A DNA stretch of 62,427 nt, filler included. It is 4 parts of 4 records of this genome, joined end to end, with 100 filler letters (N's around TTAATTAATTAA, not from the genome) between each part and the next. Parts side by side here need not be neighbours in the genome. Positions count along the whole stretch, not along the records: positions 14,114 to 44,843 come from SRR31156797_6277; 3 more parts are not named here. The stretch is one strand, 5' to 3'. The notes beneath the pieces are model-generated. The model had not been told where the DNA came from and did not search any database. It saw only the letters and a list, made by a program, of their open reading frames with translations. Shown here piece after piece: positions 19,362 to 28,923 of the stretch. Within the stretch, counting starts at the first letter, position 1. Every line of letters starts with the position of its first letter. The position numbers and the translations under genes were made by a program.

Positions 19362-20423
19362 TTAATTTTTAAAATCTGCTCCAATAGCTTCAGAGATGTG
19401 TGTATATCCATCTGCTTTTAGAAGCTCTATAAGCTCATTATTTATATTTTTACACATTGATGGACCTTGAAAAATAAAAGCACTATAGATCTGAAGTAAG
19501 CTAGCTCCAGCTTTGATTCTTCTATACGCATCTTCAGCACTTCCAATTCCACCAACACTAATAAGTGTAGTTTTATCATGAAGTTCTTTACCAATAGCTT
19601 TAAAAAGTAAATAAGATTTTTCACTTAAAACTTCTCCACTTAATCCTCCAAAATCTTTTGGATGTGGAAGGAGTGAATAATCTTGTGTAGTATTGGTCGC
19701 TATAATCCCGTCAGCTCCACTCTCCACAGCTGTTTTACAAAGTTCAATTGCAGTCTCTTCAGCCATATCTGGTGCAATCTTTAAAAGGATTGGTGTATCT
19801 GTGATCTCTTTTGCCATTTTAAATACTGCTTTAATAAACTCTTCATTTTGAAGATCTCTAAGGTTTGGAGTATTTGGTGAAGAGATATTTACAACCATAT
19901 AATCACAGATATCTTTAAACCCTTTTATTAAAGTTTCATAATCATCAAGTGCTTTCTCTTCAGACGTTGTTTTGTTTTTTCCAATACTTGCTCCAATAGG
20001 AAGAGCAAATGGATATACTTTTCTTAGGTTTTTAATCACTTCGTATGAGCCATGATTATTAAACCCCATAGCATTTTGAATAGAGTTAAATTCAGGATAT
20101 CTAAAAAGTCTTGGTTTGTCATTTCCAGGCTGAGGTCTTGGGGTCATGGTACCGATTTCAGTGTATCCAAACCCCATTGCTGGCATCGCTTTTACCATAG
20201 TAGCATTTTTATCAAATCCAGCTCCTAAGCCAATAGGGTTATAAAACTTTTTCCCAAATATCTCTTGAGTAAGCATAGGGTGGTTGATAAAGTTTTTTTT
20301 GACCATATAATTGTTGATGAGTCTACAATATGGAAGGGCTCTTAGTCCATATTCAGCTATTGTATGAGCAGTTTCTGGCTCAAATTTGAACATCATTTTT
20401 TTTATAGTTTCGTAGCTTATCAT
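19362..20423 (-). CDS. pyrD: Quinone-dependent dihydroorotate dehydrogenase
   Basis: GAGFDKN, NISSPNTP, KIAPD, ATNTT and GGLSG motifs. Confidence 0.96.
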   Translation of the reverse strand: MISYETIKKMMFKFEPETAHTIAEYGLRALPYCRLINNYMVKKNFINHPMLTQEIFGKKFYNPIGLGAGFDKNATMVKAMPAMGFGYTEIGTMTPRPQPGNDKPRLFRYPEFNSIQNAMGFNNHGSYEVIKNLRKVYPFALPIGASIGKNKTTSEEKALDDYETLIKGFKDICDYMVVNISSPNTPNLRDLQNEEFIKAVFKMAKEITDTPILLKIAPDMAEETAIELCKTAVESGADGIIATNTTQDYSLLPHPKDFGGLSGEVLSEKSYLLFKAIGKELHDKTTLISVGGIGSAEDAYRRIKAGASLLQIYSAFIFQGPSMCKNINNELIELLKADGYTHISEAIGADFKN

Positions 20424-20513
20424 TATTGTTTAATCCTTAGAGCATCTTTTAATTGTGGGTATTGTATCTAATAGTTAATTTAGATTTGATATATTGATTA
20501 TTATAATAAGGGT

Positions 20514-21443
20514 ATGAAAAAAATATTTATAATTTTATTGAGTTTTTATTGTTATTTGTTTGCTGATTTTCAAAAGCTAAAAGTAGGAGTGATTGATCCA
20601 AGGTATGGTATTACACCAAATCAAGTAAAAACTCTTTTTTTACAGATAGAAGATGAGCTAGAATCTCAAACTGATATGAACCTTTTTGATTATGCAGAAG
20701 ATGGGAAACCTATTGATTTTATCTATATGCCTCCTTCAAAAAAGAAGCAGAATATTGAGAGATCAATCCAAACTTTGGAAAAAAGATTTAAGAGTATAGG
20801 TAGACTTCAAGAGAGATTGGTAGCAAAGCAAAAAAGAGTGCTGGAAAAAGAGAATGAAGTGATCAAAAGAAAAAAAACTTTAGATACTTCCATATTAGCT
20901 TTAAATAAAGAGATTGAAAAGTTTAATAAAGGGGGACAGAGTTCCCATGAAGCTGTAGCAGAACAACGAGCAATAATCGATAAAAAACAAAGAAAGCTAA
21001 AACTGAGAATAGATAAATGGAAACAGCTTAATAGAAACTATGAAGTAAATCTTAATGCCTATAATCAATCTGTGATAGACTACCGATTTAAAGTGAAACA
21101 ATATAATCAAATGCAAAGAAAACTAGAAACCTTAGTACGATCATCTCCTGAAGTGCAAGGAGCCGCAAAAGGGTATAAACAAGTAGTATATAAAACCTTT
21201 CAAAAAGGAGGCAATACTTTTATAGATAAACAAGAACTGAATATCATGGAAAAGATTGAGATCTATGGTTTTGAGTCTATGGCTCATCTAAAAGCGATAT
21301 TAGCTCATGAACTTTTACATATGGTGGGGATGGGGCATATAGATATGAAAGGGGCTTTGATGAATCCTATTTTACAAGAGAATCAAGTAAAAAAACTTCA
21401 ATTGACCCAACAAGATATTGATCTTATTAAAGACTCTTTTTAA
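20514..21443 (+). CDS. Exported matrixin-type metalloprotease with coiled-coil insert
   Basis: HELLHMVGMGH plus ALMNP Met-turn; long K/Q/E-rich helical segment; signal peptide. Confidence 0.8.
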   Translation: MKKIFIILLSFYCYLFADFQKLKVGVIDPRYGITPNQVKTLFLQIEDELESQTDMNLFDYAEDGKPIDFIYMPPSKKKQNIERSIQTLEKRFKSIGRLQERLVAKQKRVLEKENEVIKRKKTLDTSILALNKEIEKFNKGGQSSHEAVAEQRAIIDKKQRKLKLRIDKWKQLNRNYEVNLNAYNQSVIDYRFKVKQYNQMQRKLETLVRSSPEVQGAAKGYKQVVYKTFQKGGNTFIDKQELNIMEKIEIYGFESMAHLKAILAHELLHMVGMGHIDMKGALMNPILQENQVKKLQLTQQDIDLIKDSF

Positions 21444-21446
21444 AAA

Positions 21447-22751
21447 CTATCGTAAGATATCGTTTAAAAACCTTTGATATCCAAACTCTTTTAAAGTAAG
21501 ATGTAAAAGGATAAACCCACTTAAACTACTTGCAAGTGCTAGACCAACTGCTCCAAAGGGAAGAATAAGAAGTAAAGAAAAAACGATATTCCATCCCAAA
21601 GATTTCATAGTGATCTTCGCAGCTAAACCTTGCTTTTCATAAGAGTATAACCATAAAGAGAAGATCTTTGCCAGTCCAAAAGGGACAAGTCCTATAAGAT
21701 ACATACTCAAAACCATAGCAGTTTGAGAAGTATCATTAGAAGTAAAAGCTCCTCTTTCAAATAAAAGCCATACAATAAACTGATCAAATCCAATACCTAT
21801 AAGAGTAGCAAATCCTAAAAGTCCAAAGAGAATATAAAAAGCTTTTTTAAGATACTTCAAGGCTTGTTTCTCATCTTGTTTTTTAATAGCTTTTGCAATG
21901 GTTGGAAATAAAGCCACAGAAGTAGCTATAGCAAAAAGAGCTAAAGGAAGCTGAAAAACTCTATTGGCATAATAAAGATAACTAATAGATCCACTCACTA
22001 AAAAACTAGCTAACCAAGTATCTAAAAAAGCAGCAATATGAGCACTACTACTTCCAAATACTGCTGGATAAAATTGCTTATAAAAACGTGATTGCTTAAA
22101 GTCTCTTCTTTTTTTCTTTAGATTGGTAGTAAAGAATTTTATACGAAGTCTTTTTATAGCGATAAGATGGGCAATTACTTGTAAAACTCCCCCCATAACT
22201 ACACCCCAGCTTAGATAAAAAGTGATGGTGTATTTTTCCATATTTTGTGAGATCAAAAGAGCTATGATTAGTGAGATATTTAAAAGGGCTGTAGAAAATG
22301 CAGTAGTGGCAAAATGGTTTTTATACTGGAGTAGGGCAGCTAAAAAAGTGACAATAAATATAAGTGGTAAATAGTAAAAACAGATAGCTACCAAAGGGGA
22401 AGCTAAATCAACAGTATGCTGATCAAACCCTAAAGCAATAGCTTTTGTAATAAGTGAAGCAAAAAGAGTCACTACAAGAGAAAGTACTAAAATAAAAGCG
22501 ATAAACTGCGTAAAAATAATAGTTGAAAATGTAATTTTATGATTGGATTTAGCATAGGCTGGAATAAACACTTGTGTAAAAGCACCCTCAGCAAAAATAC
22601 GACGAAAAAGGTTTGGTAACTTAAAAGCCACAAAGAAAATATCACTATAGATATTTGCTCCAAGTATGGAAGCAGTAAGTAAGTCTCTAAGAAACCCCAA
22701 AATCCGTGACACTAAAATACCAGCGCTATTTGTAAATATATGTTTAATCAT
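21447..22751 (-). CDS. murJ: Lipid II flippase
   Basis: SRILGFLRD, LPNLFRRIFAEGA, YYANRVFQLP and FERGAF motifs. Confidence 0.95.
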   Translation of the reverse strand: MIKHIFTNSAGILVSRILGFLRDLLTASILGANIYSDIFFVAFKLPNLFRRIFAEGAFTQVFIPAYAKSNHKITFSTIIFTQFIAFILVLSLVVTLFASLITKAIALGFDQHTVDLASPLVAICFYYLPLIFIVTFLAALLQYKNHFATTAFSTALLNISLIIALLISQNMEKYTITFYLSWGVVMGGVLQVIAHLIAIKRLRIKFFTTNLKKKRRDFKQSRFYKQFYPAVFGSSSAHIAAFLDTWLASFLVSGSISYLYYANRVFQLPLALFAIATSVALFPTIAKAIKKQDEKQALKYLKKAFYILFGLLGFATLIGIGFDQFIVWLLFERGAFTSNDTSQTAMVLSMYLIGLVPFGLAKIFSLWLYSYEKQGLAAKITMKSLGWNIVFSLLLILPFGAVGLALASSLSGFILLHLTLKEFGYQRFLNDILR

Positions 22752-22901
22752 TGGATGGGATTATAGCGAAATTTTGATGGAGATTAGAAATTTTAATTTT
22801 GTGACGCATTTTTGTGACACTTTTTAGATACAATAACTCCATAAAAAGTTTAACTTACAAAAAGATATAATTAAAGTTAAAATATAACAGCTAGGTCGAT
22901 T

Positions 22902-25697
22902 TTGCAAAACGAAATACAAACACGTCAAGAACATATTGATACAAAATTACTCCTCTCTGGTTGGGATGTAAATAACTATGCTCTAGTAAGGGAAGAATTT
23001 GTAAATAGTTCTGTGGTTTCAGATATAAAGTCTACCTATACAAAAGATAAAAAACAGTTTTGTGATTATGTTCTTCTTGGTCGAGACGGGAAGCCTTTGG
23101 CTGTGATTGAGGCAAAAAAAAGTTCAATTGATGCTAGGGTTGGGCAAGAACAGGCTAAGCAGTATTGTTACAATCTACAAAATGAATATGATATCGATCT
23201 TCCTTTTTGTTTTTATACCAATGGCAATGATATCTACTTTTGGGATATAGAAAATTATCCACCTAGAAAAATCTATGCGTATCCTACTAGAGAGGATTTA
23301 GAGCGATTACGTCATATACAAAAATATAAAAAGTCCCTTTCCCATGAGTTTATTGATACTTCTATTGCAGGGAGAGATTATCAGGTGAGTGCCATACGAT
23401 CAGTGATGGAGCTTATTGATAAAAAAAGAAGAGATTTTTTACTAGTGATGGCAACCGGTACAGGGAAAACTCGTACTACGATTGCACTTGTGGATGCTCT
23501 TTTAAGGGCTGGGTATATTAAAAATACTCTTTTTTTAGTAGATAGGGTGGCTTTACGTGAACAAGCTATTGAGGCTTTTAAAGAGTATATCCCAAGTGAA
23601 CCTATTTGGCCAAAGTTTGGGGAGAGTAGTATAAGTAAAGATAGACGTATCTATGTAGCTACATATCCAACGATGTTAAATATTATACGAGATGAGGAGC
23701 AGACTCTCTCTTCACATTTTTTTGATCTAATTGTGATAGATGAATCTCATAGATCTATTTATAATACTTATGGAGAGATTCTTAATTATTTTGATTCCAT
23801 TAAGCTAGGGCTTACGGCAACTCCTACCAATGTGATAGATCATAATACTTTTGATCTTTTTGCTTGTGAGGATGGACTGCCATCATTTGCATACTCTTAT
23901 GAAGAGGCCTTGGATCATCTCCCACCGTATCTATGTGATTTTGAGGTGTTAAAGATACAAACAAAGTTTCAAGATGAGGGGCTTAGTAGAAGAACTATCT
24001 CTTTAGAAGATCAAAAAAAGATGATCTTGGAAGGAAAAGAGTTAGATTTAGATGAGATAAACTACGAGGGGACTCAGCTAGAAAAAGATGTGATCAATAG
24101 AGATACCAATCGTATTATCGTAAAAGAGTTTATGGAAGAGTCTATAAAAGATAGTGATGGGGTGATTCCTACAAAAAGTATCTTTTTTTGTATGACCAAA
24201 GCTCATGCTAGAAGAGTAGAAGAGCTTTTTAACTCTTTATATCCAGAGTATAAAGGGGAGCTTGCTAAAGTGATTGTTTCAGATGATAGTAGAGCTTATG
24301 GAAAAGGTGGGCTTTTAGATCAGTTTAAAACCCAAGATATGCCAAGAGTTGCTATAAGTGTGGGTATGCTCGATACAGGAGTAGATATCAAAGAGGTATC
24401 AAATCTAGTATTTGCAAAGCTTATTTACTCTTATACCAAGTTTTGGCAAATGATAGGGCGGGGGACTAGGCTCCTTGATCAACAAAATTTACAACCTTGG
24501 TGCATAGAAAAAGAGAAGTTTCTTATAATGGATTGTTGGGATAATTTTGAGTATTTTAAGCTTGAACCTCAGGGGAAAAACCTCACTTCTCAAACTCCTT
24601 TGCCTATTATATTCTTTGGGCTAAGGGTTCAAAAGATAGCAAGTGCATTAACGCTAGATGAAAAGATAGCACAAAAAGAGATAGAAAAGCTAAAAGAGTT
24701 TATAGAGTTATTTCCTAAAAACTCTACGATCATACAAGATGGGAAAAATTATCTTGATAAGTTGGATTCTCTATTTTATAGAACGCTTTGCAAAGAGAGT
24801 TTAGAGTTTTTAGATGAGTTTATAAAACCCTTGGCAAAATCTATCGTAGGGGTGGATTATAAAGCGATGCGATTTGAAAAAGATGTATTGGAGTACTCTA
24901 TCTATCTCCTTGAAGATGATGAGCAAAATAGGGTAAAACAAAGAGATACTTTGATAGCTTTAATAGAGAAGCTTCCTTTAAGTGTCAATATAGTGGCAAA
25001 AGAAGAGGAACTTATCTTAAAAGCTAAAGAGGTAAAATACTGGAACCATCTAAGCGATAGTGATCTTGATATCTTAGTGGATAAATTAGCACCACTTATG
25101 AAATATAGAGCTGAAGGAGGCGTGGGAGATGATGAGACTCCAAGCTTTGATTTTAAAGATTATATCAAGAAAAAAGAGTATGTGGAGTTTGGTGCAGATA
25201 GGGAATCTGTAAGTATTACAAAATATAAGCAGATGGTAGAAGAAAAGATCAAAGAGCTTTTAAATAAAAATATCTCTCTACAAAAGCTAAAAGAGGGAAA
25301 AACTTTATCAAAAGAAGAGATAGAAGAGTTAGCCCAGACTCTACACCAGCAAGACCCTTTTATCACCCTTGATCTTTTGCGTAGGGTGTATATGAATAAA
25401 AAAGCACCTTTTTTAAAGTTTATCAAACATATTTTAGGAATAGAAGAGCTAAAAAACTTCCCAGATACAGTAAGTGAATCTTTTGAGAAGTTTATCAAAG
25501 AGCATCCTACCCTTACCGCCACACAGTTAAAGTTTTTGGATCTATTAAAAGGATTTATTATAGATAATGAGAGCTTAAGTAAAAAAGATCTTATATCTGC
25601 ACCTTTTACAGTGATACATCCCTCTGGTATATTGGGGATATTTTCTGATAATGAGATAGATGAAATAATAAATATTACACAGGAGTTAGTAGCATAA
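22902..25697 (+). CDS. hsdR: Type I restriction enzyme R subunit (EcoAI/EcoEI-like)
   Basis: DY...IEAKK nuclease motif, ATGTGKT, DESH, TATP, QMIGRGTR; EcoEI_R_C-like tail. Confidence 0.93.
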   Translation: MQNEIQTRQEHIDTKLLLSGWDVNNYALVREEFVNSSVVSDIKSTYTKDKKQFCDYVLLGRDGKPLAVIEAKKSSIDARVGQEQAKQYCYNLQNEYDIDLPFCFYTNGNDIYFWDIENYPPRKIYAYPTREDLERLRHIQKYKKSLSHEFIDTSIAGRDYQVSAIRSVMELIDKKRRDFLLVMATGTGKTRTTIALVDALLRAGYIKNTLFLVDRVALREQAIEAFKEYIPSEPIWPKFGESSISKDRRIYVATYPTMLNIIRDEEQTLSSHFFDLIVIDESHRSIYNTYGEILNYFDSIKLGLTATPTNVIDHNTFDLFACEDGLPSFAYSYEEALDHLPPYLCDFEVLKIQTKFQDEGLSRRTISLEDQKKMILEGKELDLDEINYEGTQLEKDVINRDTNRIIVKEFMEESIKDSDGVIPTKSIFFCMTKAHARRVEELFNSLYPEYKGELAKVIVSDDSRAYGKGGLLDQFKTQDMPRVAISVGMLDTGVDIKEVSNLVFAKLIYSYTKFWQMIGRGTRLLDQQNLQPWCIEKEKFLIMDCWDNFEYFKLEPQGKNLTSQTPLPIIFFGLRVQKIASALTLDEKIAQKEIEKLKEFIELFPKNSTIIQDGKNYLDKLDSLFYRTLCKESLEFLDEFIKPLAKSIVGVDYKAMRFEKDVLEYSIYLLEDDEQNRVKQRDTLIALIEKLPLSVNIVAKEEELILKAKEVKYWNHLSDSDLDILVDKLAPLMKYRAEGGVGDDETPSFDFKDYIKKKEYVEFGADRESVSITKYKQMVEEKIKELLNKNISLQKLKEGKTLSKEEIEELAQTLHQQDPFITLDLLRRVYMNKKAPFLKFIKHILGIEELKNFPDTVSESFEKFIKEHPTLTATQLKFLDLLKGFIIDNESLSKKDLISAPFTVIHPSGILGIFSDNEIDEIINITQELVA

Positions 25698-27334
25698 TGT
25701 TGCAAAATGATAAAATAAAAAGTCTTATAGATAAACTATGGAATAAATTTTGGAGTGGAGGTATTTCAAATCCACTTACGGCAATAGAGCAGATAACTTA
25801 TCTGATCTTTATAAAAAAATTAGATGATCTTGATATAGAAAATATAAAAAAAGCAAAGTTTGCAGAGGATAAGTATACTTCTATTTTTGAAGGAACATAT
25901 ACAAAACTTGTTAAAGTGATAAATAAAAAAACAGGTAAAGAAGAAGAGATATCAAAAGAGTTTTCAAAAATAGAGTTTAAATGGAGCATATTTTTCCATT
26001 TTGGTTCGGAAGAGAGACTAGAGCATATCTCCCAATATGTTTTCCCTTTTATAAAAGATTTGGGAGATCAAAACTCACACTTTACAAAATATATGAAAAA
26101 TGCAGTCTTTGTAATCCCTAGTGCTTCCCTTTTACATGAGGCTATGTATATCATAGAAGATATTTTTAAAGAGATTAAAAAGGATTATAAAGATAAAAAG
26201 AACGAGCATCAAGATATCCAAGGTGATGTCTATGAGATGCTTTTAAACGAGATAGCAAGTGCAGGAAAAAATGGGCAGTTTAGAACACCAAGACATATTA
26301 TAAACCTTGTGGTGGATTTAGTAGACCCTCAACCAGAAGATAAGATTGTAGACCCTGCTTGTGGGAGTGCAGGGTTTTTACTAGGAGCATATCAGTATAT
26401 TAAAACAGTCCTAGATAAAGATAATGAATCTAAACAAGTTGATGAGTATGGATTTAAAAGAAGTCGGTATAGTAAATATTTTACATCAAAACGAAAAAAA
26501 CTCATAGAGAGTAATTTAAAAGGTTATGATATAGATGTAACTATGGTAAGACTTGGACTTATGAATCTTATGATGCATGATATTAGTAATCCAAATGTAG
26601 AGTATATTGATACCTTAAGTAAAAGCTTTCAAAAATATAGCTCAGATTTAAATTATTATAATGTGGTTTTAGCAAATCCTCCATTTACAGGAAATCTTAA
26701 TAAAGGGGAGATGGATAATACCCTTAGTTTAAATACTACAAAAACAGAGCTTCTATTTATAGATAGAATTCATTCTATGTTAACAAAGGGTGGGACAGCT
26801 GGTATTATTATTCCTCAAGGAGTACTTTTTGGAAGTGGGAAGGCTTTTGTAGATGCTAGAAAGCTTATGATAGAAAAATCCCAATTAAAAGCAGTGATCA
26901 CTATGCCAAGTGGAGTATTTAAACCCTATGCAGGGGTAGCTACAGCAATACTTATTTTTAGCAAAGTATTTGATGCAAAAGATAAACTAAATACAGAAGA
27001 TGATTACAAGGTGTTTTTTTATGATATGAAAAGTGATGCACGTAGCCTTGATGATAAAAGAGTTAAACTAGATGGCTATGGTGACCTACAAGATATTATT
27101 CAAAAGTATAAAACTAGGGAAACTTCAACAGAGCCAAACGATAGAAAAGCAAAATATTTTTTAGTAGATAAAAAAGAGATAGTGGAAAATGACTATGATC
27201 TTAGTTTTGGAACTTATCAAGAGCTTACTTTTGAAGAAGAAATTTATTCTGATCCAAAAGATATTTTAGATGAGCTTATAAGTTTAGAAGATGAGATTCA
27301 GGATAAGCTAAAAGAGATAAAGCGTTTATTTTAA
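25697..27334 (+). CDS. hsdM: Type I N6-adenine methyltransferase M subunit
   Basis: GQFRTPRH, DPACGSAGFL and ANPPF; stop/start overlap with hsdR. Confidence 0.95.
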   Translation: MLQNDKIKSLIDKLWNKFWSGGISNPLTAIEQITYLIFIKKLDDLDIENIKKAKFAEDKYTSIFEGTYTKLVKVINKKTGKEEEISKEFSKIEFKWSIFFHFGSEERLEHISQYVFPFIKDLGDQNSHFTKYMKNAVFVIPSASLLHEAMYIIEDIFKEIKKDYKDKKNEHQDIQGDVYEMLLNEIASAGKNGQFRTPRHIINLVVDLVDPQPEDKIVDPACGSAGFLLGAYQYIKTVLDKDNESKQVDEYGFKRSRYSKYFTSKRKKLIESNLKGYDIDVTMVRLGLMNLMMHDISNPNVEYIDTLSKSFQKYSSDLNYYNVVLANPPFTGNLNKGEMDNTLSLNTTKTELLFIDRIHSMLTKGGTAGIIIPQGVLFGSGKAFVDARKLMIEKSQLKAVITMPSGVFKPYAGVATAILIFSKVFDAKDKLNTEDDYKVFFYDMKSDARSLDDKRVKLDGYGDLQDIIQKYKTRETSTEPNDRKAKYFLVDKKEIVENDYDLSFGTYQELTFEEEIYSDPKDILDELISLEDEIQDKLKEIKRLF

Positions 27335-28923
27335 TGAAATTAAAGCAAGTTAAATTAAAAGATATTGTAAAAGTAGGAGCTGGTCAATCAGCTCCTAAAA
27401 AAATTGATAATGATGTTAATGGATTAACCTTTATTCGAGCAGGGAGTGTAGAAAAACTTATACAAACAGATGACACGAGTTTTTTAGAGAGAGTTAGTTT
27501 AGAACAAGCAAAAGAAAATAAGCTAAAAATATATGAAAAAGATACAGTAGTATTTGCTAAAAGTGGTATATCTGCCACTCTTAATAGAGTTTATATGTTG
27601 AAAGAAAAAAGTTATGTTGTAAGTCACTTAGCTACATTGATCCCTATTAATATATATCCAAAATATTTATTATATGCGTTAAGATATTTTTCTCCAACTG
27701 TTTTAATTAAAGATTTTGCATATCCTTCAATTAGTTTAAAAGCAATAGAAAATCATTTGATTATTATTCCTGAAAGATATGAAGATCAGGAAAAAATAGC
27801 TAATCTATTATCTCAAATAGAAACTTTAAACATAAAAAGAGAAAAAACTATAGTACTTCTTGATAAGTTAGTAAAAAGTACATTTTTGGATATGTTTGGT
27901 GATCCTATAACGAACTCTAAAGGTTGGGAAAAACGTAAATTAGGAGAGATTTTTAAAATAAAGCATGGCTATGCTTTTAAAAGTGAATACTTTAAAGAAT
28001 CAGGAAAATACCTATTACTTACTCCAGGAAATTTTTTTGAAAAGGGTGGATTTAGAGAAAGAGGTAAATTACAAAAGTATTATGTTGGAGATATACCACA
28101 AGAATATATTTTGAGAAAAAATGATTTATTAGTTGCAATGACAGAGCAAACAGCTGGCTTACTTGGGAGTTCATTATTAGTTCCTTCCTCTGATAAATAT
28201 TTACATAATCAAAGATTGGGACTTGTGTCTCCTACAGAGGAAATTCAAGTAATGTTTCTATTACATCTTTTTAATCAGGATTCAATTCGTAAAATTATAC
28301 ATGCAAAAGCTAGAGGGATGAAAGTTAGACATACTTCACCATCGAAAATAGAAGATATTTGTATAGGTTACCCTCCAAAAGATTTACAAGATAAATTTGC
28401 AAATATAGTGATAAAAATAGAAAGCACAAAAAAAATCTATCAAAATAGCTTAGATGAACTTCATCAACTTTTTAGTTCAGTATCTCAAAAAGCTTTTAAA
28501 GGAGAACTTGACTTTGAAGAAGATGAAAGTGAACTTGATAACTATTTAGCAGAATTATATAGAAAATATAAGAAAAATGAAGAAAAAGTTTTTATTGCTA
28601 AACAAATGGATGTAAATAACATTTCACTTCCTCAAAGCTCAAATATAGAAAGCCAAAAAAGTTTTACTAAAAATAGTTTGATTGAAGATATCTTAGAGCA
28701 ACTAAAGCCAAAAGGACTTACTTTTGCACAGCTTAGTCAATACTTTAAAGATAACAACTATTACGATATCCCTTATGATGGGAAACTAGATGATATGAAG
28801 ATTGAAATTAATATTAAAGATATTATTTTTCAGCTTTTAAAAGAGGAAAAGCTTTTTCAAATCTTTGATAGAGAAACAAAACAGATACTATTAGGAGTAA
28901 AAAAATGCGACTTAGACGTATAG
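27334..28923 (+). CDS. hsdS: Type I specificity subunit with about 137-aa C-terminal extension
   Basis: Two TRDs with conserved spacers (EDQEKIA...FLDMFGDP; PPKDLQDKF...AFKGEL), then extra sequence. Confidence 0.9.
   Translation: MKLKQVKLKDIVKVGAGQSAPKKIDNDVNGLTFIRAGSVEKLIQTDDTSFLERVSLEQAKENKLKIYEKDTVVFAKSGISATLNRVYMLKEKSYVVSHLATLIPINIYPKYLLYALRYFSPTVLIKDFAYPSISLKAIENHLIIIPERYEDQEKIANLLSQIETLNIKREKTIVLLDKLVKSTFLDMFGDPITNSKGWEKRKLGEIFKIKHGYAFKSEYFKESGKYLLLTPGNFFEKGGFRERGKLQKYYVGDIPQEYILRKNDLLVAMTEQTAGLLGSSLLVPSSDKYLHNQRLGLVSPTEEIQVMFLLHLFNQDSIRKIIHAKARGMKVRHTSPSKIEDICIGYPPKDLQDKFANIVIKIESTKKIYQNSLDELHQLFSSVSQKAFKGELDFEEDESELDNYLAELYRKYKKNEEKVFIAKQMDVNNISLPQSSNIESQKSFTKNSLIEDILEQLKPKGLTFAQLSQYFKDNNYYDIPYDGKLDDMKIEINIKDIIFQLLKEEKLFQIFDRETKQILLGVKKCDLDV

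Noticed and set aside
22797-22820. TTTTGTGAC direct repeat between murJ and hsdR as an island att site
   Set aside because: No matching copy was seen at the far end of the island and no integrase is nearby; too short to interpret.
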